From Pseudomonadota bacterium (lineage in GTDB: Bacteria > Pseudomonadota > Alphaproteobacteria > UBA2136 > UBA6156): DNA of 32,000 nucleotides. Location of the stretch: assembly GCA_016125035.1 (NCBI GenBank), contig WGMN01000001.1, forward strand, positions 4,617 through 36,616, written 5' to 3'. Positions 17,505 to 24,586 of this stretch are shown piece after piece (position 1 is the first letter of the stretch; every line of letters begins with the position of its first letter). A model generated the notes under the pieces. It did no database searches, was not told the DNA's origin, and saw only the letters and a program-made list of their open reading frames with translations. The position numbers were made by a program, and so were the translations under genes.

Positions 17505-17531
17505 GCGGTATAAAATACAAGGCCAAACGGC

Positions 17532-17558
17532 AAAACCCCGCCGGGGGCGGGGTTTTTT
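17532..17558. terminator. Bidirectional terminator after rplA
   Basis: AAAA-CCCCGCC-ggg-GGCGGGG-TTTTTT, 17 nt downstream of the rplA stop (17575). Confidence 0.65.
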
Positions 17559-17574
17559 GTCGAGTATCCGTACG

Positions 17575-18309
17575 TTAGATGCTGGAGAGATCCACCCGGA
17601 CGGCGGGGCTCATGGTGCTGGAAATGGCCAGCTTGAGCATGTAGTTGGAGGTGGCACCGGTGGGCTTGGCGGCGCGCACGGCTTCCACCAGGGCCTTGAT
17701 GTTGGCGGCGAGGTGCTTTTCATCAAAGCTGCGCTTACCGACACCGGCCTGGATGATCCCGGCCTTTTCCACCTTGAACTCGATCAGGCCGGACTTTTGG
17801 TCTTTGACCGCCTTGGCCACGTTGGGCGTGACGGTGCCGAGCTTGGGGTTGGGCATGAGGCCCTTGGGGCCCAGCACGCGGGCGACCTTGCCCAGCGCGG
17901 CCATCATGTCCGGCGTGGCGACGAGCTTGTCGAAGTCGATCTTGCCGGCCTCGATAGCGGCGATGAGGTCGGCGTCGCCGACCACGTCGGCGCCGGCGGC
18001 CTTGGCATCCGCCGCGGCCTGGCCCTTGGCGACCACCGCCACGCGCACGGTTTTGCCGGTGCCATGGGGCAGCGCCACGGTGCCGCGGACCATTTGGTCG
18101 TTATATTTGGGATCAACACCCAGGTTGAGCGCCACGTCGACCGACTCGTCGAACTTGGCGGCGGGCATGGACTTGAGCAGCTTGACGGCTTCCGCCAGGC
18201 TGTAAGCCTTGAGTTTGTCGTAGGCCGGGTAGCTCTTCTTCGGCTTGGCCGAGGTGAGCTTGGTACCGGCCTTTTTGGCCTTGGCAGGCGCTTTGGATTT
18301 GGTAGCCAT
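17575..18309 (-). CDS. rplA: 50S ribosomal protein L1 with Lys/Ala-rich N-terminal extension
   Basis: 244 aa with L1 core (FDESVDVALNLGVDPKYNDQMVRGTVALPHGTGK...). The N-terminus is MATKSKAPAKAKKAGTKLTSAKPKK. Confidence 0.96.
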   Translation of the reverse strand: MATKSKAPAKAKKAGTKLTSAKPKKSYPAYDKLKAYSLAEAVKLLKSMPAAKFDESVDVALNLGVDPKYNDQMVRGTVALPHGTGKTVRVAVVAKGQAAADAKAAGADVVGDADLIAAIEAGKIDFDKLVATPDMMAALGKVARVLGPKGLMPNPKLGTVTPNVAKAVKDQKSGLIEFKVEKAGIIQAGVGKRSFDEKHLAANIKALVEAVRAAKPTGATSNYMLKLAISSTMSPAVRVDLSSI

Positions 18310-18324
18310 AATGTTTTTCCCCGC

Positions 18325-18756
18325 TTAGTCGACGACGGTCAGGCCCATGGAACGGGCGCTGCCTTCGATGATCTTGGTAGCCGCTTCAATGCTCTCGGCA
18401 TTGAGGTCGACCATTTTGGCCTCGGCGATTTTACGCACTTCGGCGCGCTTGACCTCACCCACAGGTTTGTTGGGAGTGGCCGCGCCTTTTTGGATTTTGG
18501 CGGCCTTCATCAGGTACCAGCTGGCCGGCGGCGTCTTCATCTCGAAGGTGAAGGTGCGGTCGCCATAAGCGGTGATGATGACAGGAACCGGCGTGCCAGG
18601 CTGGAACTTGGGCGGCTGGGTGGCCGCGTTGAACGCCTTGCAGAATTCCATGATGTTAAGGCCTTTTTGGCCCAGGGCCGGACCCACGGGCGGGGCCGGG
18701 TTGGCTTGCCCAGCCGGCACTTGCAGCTTGACGTAGCCAGCGATTTTCTTCGCCAT
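18325..18756 (-). CDS. rplK: 50S ribosomal protein L11
   Basis: [44 protein letters not shown] is canonical L11. The start is set at this Met (18756) rather than the ORF-track start at 18789. Confidence 0.95.
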   Translation of the reverse strand: MAKKIAGYVKLQVPAGQANPAPPVGPALGQKGLNIMEFCKAFNAATQPPKFQPGTPVPVIITAYGDRTFTFEMKTPPASWYLMKAAKIQKGAATPNKPVGEVKRAEVRKIAEAKMVDLNAESIEAATKIIEGSARSMGLTVVD

Positions 18757-18809
18757 TTCATATACTTTCGTTCGGTTTTGAACTTCCACATGCGCGCACG
18801 TGGTAGGGC

Positions 18810-18838
18810 CGTATAGCGGGGGGCGCGGGGGGTGTCAA
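18810..18838 (-). promoter_or_regulatory. Predicted sigma70-type promoter of rplKA
   Basis: Minus strand: TTGACA (18838-18833), spacer CCCCCCGCGCCCCCCGC (17 nt), TATACG (18815-18810). An A5 tract lies just upstream of the -35. Confidence 0.55.
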
Positions 18839-18917
18839 GTGCGCCTTTTTGTGCGGCAGGGGGGTTGGCGGCGGCCGCAGACCAGCTTAATGTGGTGGCA
18901 AAATAAAGGGTTAGCCT

Positions 18918-20579
18918 ATGACGTGGTTCCTCATCGCTTTGGCAGAAGTGTGGCGCTGGCGCTGGAAAGTTGGCCTTCCGGTGCTGTTGGGCGCGGTGTG
19001 GGGAGCGGCCCAAGTGCTTGTTTACCCTGAAGTTTACCAGGCGCGCGCGCTGCTGCAATTGCAGAGCGAACAGGCGCGTGAGCCGCTGCTGCAGAAGATT
19101 ACCGCGCGCGGGCATAAAGAGGCACTTTATCAGAAGCTTACCGCACCAGATGTGCTGGCCGACAGCGGCCGCGAGGCGGGCATGCCGCTGCGCGCGGAAA
19201 ACGTGGATCTGGTGGTGTTCAACGACCACTTCATGGGCATAAGTTACAAGAGCACCAAGCGCGAAGGTCTTGAGCAAGCTGTTGATTCGCTTGGGTTTAA
19301 TTTTATCCAGCAGGTGCTGGCGCCGGAGCGCAGCCGCATTGAGCAGATGCTGAACGTGGCCAAGCAACAGATGGTGGATGTGCTGGTGCAGATAAGCGAC
19401 CTGAACAAGGCGGCAAATGGCGGCGATTCGCGGCAGAACGCGGCGGATGACGCGGCGGATGACGGCGAAAACGCGGCAACAGAGGTGCAAGGTGCGGCAA
19501 TTGGTGCAAGGGAAGAGTTGGAGTTAAAGCGCAAGCAGCTGGAGACCGACATTGTGCAGCTGCAGACCGACCTGCAACTGGTGAACACCGCCTTTGACCG
19601 CGACGGCAGCCAGGCGTTGCTGTGGTTTGCCCAGCCGGCGACGCTGATGCCGGTGACGCCGCGTGTGGCGCGGCTGGCGCTGTGGATGCTGTGGGGCGGC
19701 ATGGTGGGCTTTGCCGCAGGTTGGCTGGTGTTTGTTATGCCGCGGCGCTGGCGCCAGGGCGTGGTCGGCGCGCGTGATGTGCAGCAGGCCTGCGGCCTGC
19801 CGCTGTTGGGGCAGTTGCCCTGGCTGGGGCGTTTGAAGATTGACCACGGCGGCGCGCATGTGAAGGCGCAAGGCCGTGTGCTGCGGCCGAGCGGTTTTGG
19901 CGAAGTGGGCAGATTGCAAGCCACCTTGCTGAAAACCGTGCGCGGGCCGCTGGTGCTGGTGGGGGCGAATGGGCTGGAGGGTGTTTCCACCCTGGCGCTG
20001 CTGCTGGGCGAGAAGGCGGCGACATTGGGCAAGAGCGTGGTGGTGGTGGACTTGAACCTGAAGAACCGTGGCCTGACCCACATGCTGGGCCTGCGCGGCG
20101 ATGACTGGGAGATGCCCAAAAAAGGCAAGGCCAAGGGGCCCGAGTGGAGCGCGCTGCAGCCGATCAGCGGGGTGGAGCACCTGAAAGTGCTGCCCGCCCC
20201 CACCAAGGGCAGCACGCTGGCGGCGCTGGGTGAGCCCGGCGGTTTGGCCGCGCTGATGGATGCCCTGGGCGAGATGGCAGATGTGGTGATTGTGGACGCC
20301 AGCCCGGTGGGTGCCACCAACCGTGCCAACGTGGATGCGGTGGCGGTGGGCGGCGTGGCCGGCAAGGTGGTGCTGGTGGGCCAGAGCAGCCTGACCACCC
20401 CGGGTGATCTGCGCCATGCCGCCGACACCCTGCTGCTGAGCGGCGCGGCGCTGAGCGGGGTGGTGCTGAACCAGCAGTTTGAGCCCAGCCGCAGGCAGTT
20501 GGTGGGGGAGTTCGCCGACTGGCTGGGGCCGCTGGGGCGCCCGCTGCGGCGCGCAGCGGCGGATGCGAAGCTGGAGTAG
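18918..20579 (+). CDS. Polysaccharide co-polymerase (Wzz/GumC-like) fused to a BY-kinase-like domain with a degenerate P-loop
   Basis: 553 aa. It has an N-terminal TM plus YPEVYQARALL (Wzz-type), a coiled-coil periplasmic region, then a Pro-rich segment and second TM (QPATLMPVTPRV...WGGMVGFAAGWLVFV). The C-terminal MinD/ParA-like domain has Walker A' VVVVDLNLKN and Walker B DVVIVDASP. Walker A reads GANGLEGVST, with no GK[ST]. Confidence 0.8.
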   Translation: MTWFLIALAEVWRWRWKVGLPVLLGAVWGAAQVLVYPEVYQARALLQLQSEQAREPLLQKITARGHKEALYQKLTAPDVLADSGREAGMPLRAENVDLVVFNDHFMGISYKSTKREGLEQAVDSLGFNFIQQVLAPERSRIEQMLNVAKQQMVDVLVQISDLNKAANGGDSRQNAADDAADDGENAATEVQGAAIGAREELELKRKQLETDIVQLQTDLQLVNTAFDRDGSQALLWFAQPATLMPVTPRVARLALWMLWGGMVGFAAGWLVFVMPRRWRQGVVGARDVQQACGLPLLGQLPWLGRLKIDHGGAHVKAQGRVLRPSGFGEVGRLQATLLKTVRGPLVLVGANGLEGVSTLALLLGEKAATLGKSVVVVDLNLKNRGLTHMLGLRGDDWEMPKKGKAKGPEWSALQPISGVEHLKVLPAPTKGSTLAALGEPGGLAALMDALGEMADVVIVDASPVGATNRANVDAVAVGGVAGKVVLVGQSSLTTPGDLRHAADTLLLSGAALSGVVLNQQFEPSRRQLVGEFADWLGPLGRPLRRAAADAKLE

Positions 20580-20585
20580 GCACGC

Positions 20586-20616
20586 AAAAAAGCCGCCGGT
20601 TACCGGGCGGCTTTTT
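20586..20616. terminator. Bidirectional terminator between convergent genes
   Basis: AAAAAAGCCGCCGG-tta-CCGGGCGGCTTTTT. Confidence 0.55.
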
Positions 20617-20641
20617 CTTCGTTTCGGGCGCGGCGCGGGGG

Positions 20642-21478
20642 TTAGGCCGCGTCGCGCTGGTTTTCCAGCATGTCGGCGATGAAGCCGGGCTGGGCCAGGT
20701 CTTCCAGGCTGCCTTGGTAGGAACTGGCCAGTGTGGCGCAGAAGCGCTCGACCTCCTGCGTGGTCTTGGCGTAGAGCGTACCTGAGTCGGCATCGGCCGG
20801 CGTGAGGCGGTTGAACGCGTAGACCACGCTGCCCATGGGGTGCCCGATGACCGGGATGCCCATGCGCAGTGCGCGGATCAACAGCTCGGAGTTAAAGCCG
20901 ATGACCAGGCGTGCTTGCGCGAGGTGCTCTTCCGCCGTGGGACCATCCTTGGGAGAATGGCGGTGGCGGATGATCACGTCACGCTGCCAGTTGATGTGCC
21001 GGGGCAGTTGGTGGCGCACCCAATCGATAAAATCCTCGGGGCTATAGTCGAAGATCTCACCGAAGCGGGGGCTGTGCGGGAGGACCAGGATCTTCTGGCC
21101 TTCTTCCACCCTGCGGTAAGGCAACACCGACACGCCGAGGCGCGCCAGGATGCGTTGGTAGGGCCGGGTTGCCACCAGCACTTTGGGCTGGAAGCCCATC
21201 CACACCAGGCGGAAGTACGTGCCGCGGATGGTGGGATCACCGAACCAGGCGTGGTCTATCACCACATAGGCCCAGCCGGAACGGATGAGCTGGGCGATGG
21301 GCGCGCGCGACTGCCCGGTGTAGACCGCCGAGATGATCGGCACCTCTCCCCCCTGCAAGTTGGGCAGGAGCGAGAGCGGGCGGATATCACACTGCAGGCC
21401 ATCGAACACCGCCTTGAACATGGCGTTGACGCTGGGTTCTGCCGGGAAGGGTAAAGGAACAAAAAGGACATACCGCAC
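20642..21478 (-). CDS. Hypothetical protein, possibly capsule-biosynthesis (KpsS/KpsC, GT-B-like) related
   Basis: 278 aa with a GTG start preceded by AGGAGG (6-nt spacer). The C-terminal half (ILVLPHSP...VIIRHRHSP...ARLVIGFNSELLIRALRMGIPVIGHPMGSVVY) resembles the HP...NS..G.EAL..G.PV..G...Y pattern of capsule-synthesis glycosyltransferases. This assignment is tentative. Confidence 0.75.
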   Translation of the reverse strand: MRYVLFVPLPFPAEPSVNAMFKAVFDGLQCDIRPLSLLPNLQGGEVPIISAVYTGQSRAPIAQLIRSGWAYVVIDHAWFGDPTIRGTYFRLVWMGFQPKVLVATRPYQRILARLGVSVLPYRRVEEGQKILVLPHSPRFGEIFDYSPEDFIDWVRHQLPRHINWQRDVIIRHRHSPKDGPTAEEHLAQARLVIGFNSELLIRALRMGIPVIGHPMGSVVYAFNRLTPADADSGTLYAKTTQEVERFCATLASSYQGSLEDLAQPGFIADMLENQRDAA

Positions 21479-21637
21479 CTGTACCTCCTGGGTTGGTGTG
21501 CGATGGATTTGGGCAAGATATGGTTGAGAACAGGCCCTTTTGCAAGGGTTGGAGGCAACTTAGGGGCCTTGTGAGACCCCTCGCGCGCGCGCCGGCGCTG
21601 TGGCATAGTGGGTGGCTATTGAACAGGAACGTGGTGC

Positions 21638-23065
21638 ATGGGCCTTGGTGTTTTGGATTGGGTGGTGTTTTTGGGGGCGTTGGCGTGCACGCTGGCGGCC
21701 GCTTTTTACGCCCGCGGCTTGCGCGGCGCCAATGACCGCAGCGAGGCGGTGGCGGGCCGGAGCATCGGGCCGTGGCTGCTGGGCCTTTCCGCCGGGGCTA
21801 CCGGCAACAGCGGGGTGGCCTTAACCGCCTGCGTGGGGCTTGGCTACAGCTACGGCCTGATGTGGCTGGCCCTGCCCCTGGGCTGGCTGCTGGGGGATAT
21901 TATCTTCTGGCTGTTTTTGGCCGAGCGGTTGAATGCCGTTTCGCGCCGGGTGGATGCGGTGACCCTGCCGGAGATGCTGTACAAAGGTTGCCAGGGCGCC
22001 AAGAGCCCCCTGCCCCGCAAGCTGCTGGGCTTGCTCATCCCCCTGCTGAGCATGGGGTATGTGGGGGCGCAGTGGCTGGCAGCGGGCAAGATTGCCGGGC
22101 TGGTGCTGGGGTTGCCGGTGGTGGCCTGCACGCTGGCATTTGCGCTGTTTGTGATTGGTTATACCGCCTTTTCAGGTGTGCGCGGCTCTATCTACACCGA
22201 TTTTGTGCAGGCCATCTTTATGCTGCTGCTGGTGGCCGGTGTGGCGGTGGCGCTGGCCATGGCCTGGCATCCGGCGGTTTATCTGCCCGCGGAGGTGCCG
22301 GAAGGATTCTTCAGCCTGCTGGGCAGCGGCCCGTGGTGGCATGCCCCCCTGCTGGTGCTGGGTTTTGCGGTGATGGCGGTGGGCTTTGACCTGGGGCAAC
22401 CGCAGATGGCGGCGCGCTGGATGACCGGAGACAGTGCCGCCACCATGCGCAAGGCACGCTGGGTTTACATTGGTTTCATCCAGGCGACGTTTATGACCTT
22501 TATGCTGTTTGGCGTGGTTTTTCGGCTGCTGATGCCGCATCTGGCCGACCCTGAGCAAGGGCTGGCGGCCTTTGTGGTGGGCTTTGGCGGCATGGGCATG
22601 GTGGGGCTGTTGCTGGCCGGCGCGGTGGCCACCATTGCCTCCACCGCCTCGGGCATTATTTCAGTGGGGGCGGAAATGGTGCGGCTGGACTTGTTGCCCG
22701 GCGTGTTGCGCGGCAAGGCCGGGCTGGCGCTGGCGGTGCTGATGGTGGGGGTGGTTTCGCTGGCGGCGATCCCGCTGGCGCATACCGATATTCTGGCCAT
22801 GGCGCTGACCGCCGTGGGCTTGATGAGCGCGGTGCTGCTGGCGCCGATGCTGTGGGTGGTGATGGGCTGGATGCAGACCCAGGCCGCCATGATGGCAAGT
22901 GTGCTGGCCGCGCTGGCGGCGGCGGTGTTGTGGATGCACCTGGGCCTGAGTGGCACGTTGAACGAAGTGGTACCCGGCGCGCTGGCCGGGGTGCTGGTGA
23001 TGCTGGCGGCGGGCGGCGGGCGGAAAGTGGCGGCGCCGGTGAAGAAGAAAGCGCGGCGCGGTTAG
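21638..23065 (+). CDS. Sodium:solute symporter family (SSF) transporter
   Basis: 475 aa with about 12 hydrophobic segments. The N-terminal motif [21 protein letters not shown] resembles the PutP/PanF-type GGRSLGP..ALSAGASDMSGW. Confidence 0.9.
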   Translation: MGLGVLDWVVFLGALACTLAAAFYARGLRGANDRSEAVAGRSIGPWLLGLSAGATGNSGVALTACVGLGYSYGLMWLALPLGWLLGDIIFWLFLAERLNAVSRRVDAVTLPEMLYKGCQGAKSPLPRKLLGLLIPLLSMGYVGAQWLAAGKIAGLVLGLPVVACTLAFALFVIGYTAFSGVRGSIYTDFVQAIFMLLLVAGVAVALAMAWHPAVYLPAEVPEGFFSLLGSGPWWHAPLLVLGFAVMAVGFDLGQPQMAARWMTGDSAATMRKARWVYIGFIQATFMTFMLFGVVFRLLMPHLADPEQGLAAFVVGFGGMGMVGLLLAGAVATIASTASGIISVGAEMVRLDLLPGVLRGKAGLALAVLMVGVVSLAAIPLAHTDILAMALTAVGLMSAVLLAPMLWVVMGWMQTQAAMMASVLAALAAAVLWMHLGLSGTLNEVVPGALAGVLVMLAAGGGRKVAAPVKKKARRG

Positions 23066-23409
23066 CTGCCGGAGCCGGGTTTCTCGGAAAATTCCGGGCG
23101 TTTTTCCTCCGCCGTGCGGTCGGCTTGCTGTTCGGCTTCCGGCAGCGGGCCCTTGGATTCCTGGATATTGGGCCACAGCGCCGAATAGCGCGCGTTGAGC
23201 TTGGCCCATTCCAGCTCTATCGGCTTGAGCTCTTCATCTGACTTGATGGCCTCGATCGGGCATTCCGGCTCGCACACGCCGCAGTCGATGCATTCGTCTG
23301 GGTTGATGACCAGCATGTTCTCGCCCTCATAAAAGCAATTGACCGGGCAGACCTCGACGCAATCGGTGTAGCGGCACTTGATGCATTTGCCCGTAACGAC
23401 GAACGGCAT
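23062..23409 (-). CDS. fdxA: 7Fe ferredoxin (Azotobacter FdxA type)
   Basis: [51 protein letters not shown] carries the classic [3Fe-4S][4Fe-4S] Cys pattern. Confidence 0.93.
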   Translation of the reverse strand: MPFVVTGKCIKCRYTDCVEVCPVNCFYEGENMLVINPDECIDCGVCEPECPIEAIKSDEELKPIELEWAKLNARYSALWPNIQESKGPLPEAEQQADRTAEEKRPEFSEKPGSGS

Positions 23410-23560
23410 GGTGGGAACCTTTCCTTAAAAACACGGCTTTATGCGCCGGTTATAGGGAATCGGCCGCGGCGATGCAAGCAGCAATGCGGTAGCGCACCGG
23501 CCACATGGGGTGCCCCCGCTTGCGCGCGGGCGGGGGACGCGCGCGGGGAAAGCCGCTAGG

Positions 23561-24586
23561 ATGGCGGCAATAATGGCAAAAATGTGCTTACCGCTGCTGA
23601 TGTTGCTGCTGGCCGCGCCCGCGTGGGCCGACGAGCTGTTTGACGCGCAGGCGCAAGCCGCCCGTTACAGCCTGGACTTTGCCGCCATTGAGCCCGCCGC
23701 AGGTGAGGAAGCCCCCGCCGGCGCAGGGCACACCCCCGCCGCCACGGAGGAAGAGCCCGCGGTGGTGGTGGATGGGGTGGATGAGGCCGCGCCTTCAGCC
23801 AGTGAAGCGCATGATGATGCCGCCGCCAACGAAGGCGAGCACGCGGCAGGCGAGGGTGAAGGGCATGCGCCCAAGAAGAAATCGCCGGTGAAGCCGCTGC
23901 CCCCGGAGCTGCCCAAGGTGACCATTGGCGGGGTGCCGGTGATCACCCATGAGATGCAGATCGCCGAGGCGGTCTCGGAGAGTACGCCGCAGGCCTTTAA
24001 GCAGCGCGGGATGGATGAATTTTTGGCGCACAGGGCGAATATCATCCCCTACGCGCACGACCCTTCACGCGGGGAGCTGGATGCGCCGGTGCAGGTGGTG
24101 CTGTTTGAAGACCTCTCCTGCGGGCAGTGCCTGCCGCAGATGGCCGCCATTGATGCCAAGCTGGCAGACTACACCAGCCAGACACATGTGGTGCAGGTGC
24201 TGGCCGCCAGCGCCCGCTACCAGGACACCAACCTGACCGCCTTTTACGGCAAGGTGGCACAGCGGGTGGGCAAGTTTTGGGACTATCGCGCCAAGGTTAT
24301 TGCCGGCAACCTGACCGACCCCGATGCCTTGTTTGACCTGCTGGTGGATACCGGCGTGCCCGCCCGCACCGTGCGCAGCATGATGCAAAGCGAAGCGCGG
24401 CGCTTTTACCGCGAGCTGGACGCCGACAGCCTGCTTGCCCGCACCTTTGCCGTGGGCAAGCCGCCGGTGGTTTATGTGAACGGCATCCGCGTGGGGGAAG
24501 GCGGCCTGCCGCTGGATAAATTAAGTGACGTGCTGAGCTACGTGACCGGCCGCATTGCCCACGGCCTGCCGGAGCCCCCCCTATGA
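23561..24586 (+). CDS. Periplasmic DsbA-family thiol:disulfide oxidoreductase-like protein with acidic low-complexity N-terminal region
   Basis: The signal peptide is MAAIMAKMCLPLLMLLLAAPAWA/DE. An Ala/Glu/Pro-rich linker follows. The thioredoxin-like domain has VVLFEDLSCGQCLPQ (CxxC = CGQC). The start is chosen at ATG 23561; the ORF-track GTG at 23510 is possible but less likely. Confidence 0.8.
   Translation: MAAIMAKMCLPLLMLLLAAPAWADELFDAQAQAARYSLDFAAIEPAAGEEAPAGAGHTPAATEEEPAVVVDGVDEAAPSASEAHDDAAANEGEHAAGEGEGHAPKKKSPVKPLPPELPKVTIGGVPVITHEMQIAEAVSESTPQAFKQRGMDEFLAHRANIIPYAHDPSRGELDAPVQVVLFEDLSCGQCLPQMAAIDAKLADYTSQTHVVQVLAASARYQDTNLTAFYGKVAQRVGKFWDYRAKVIAGNLTDPDALFDLLVDTGVPARTVRSMMQSEARRFYRELDADSLLARTFAVGKPPVVYVNGIRVGEGGLPLDKLSDVLSYVTGRIAHGLPEPPL

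Noticed and set aside
17158-17526. Alternative 122-aa frame (with an internal MCLHRNSLYHLVLHCPP... start abutting GAGGAGGG) overlapping the small hydrophobic ORF.
   Set aside because: This frame reads through the 17229-17263 terminator hairpin and the rplJ promoter, and it becomes Pro/Gly-rich junk. Its SD-to-ATG spacing is about 1 nt. The hydrophobic frame, which stops just before the terminator, is more plausible, though still uncertain.
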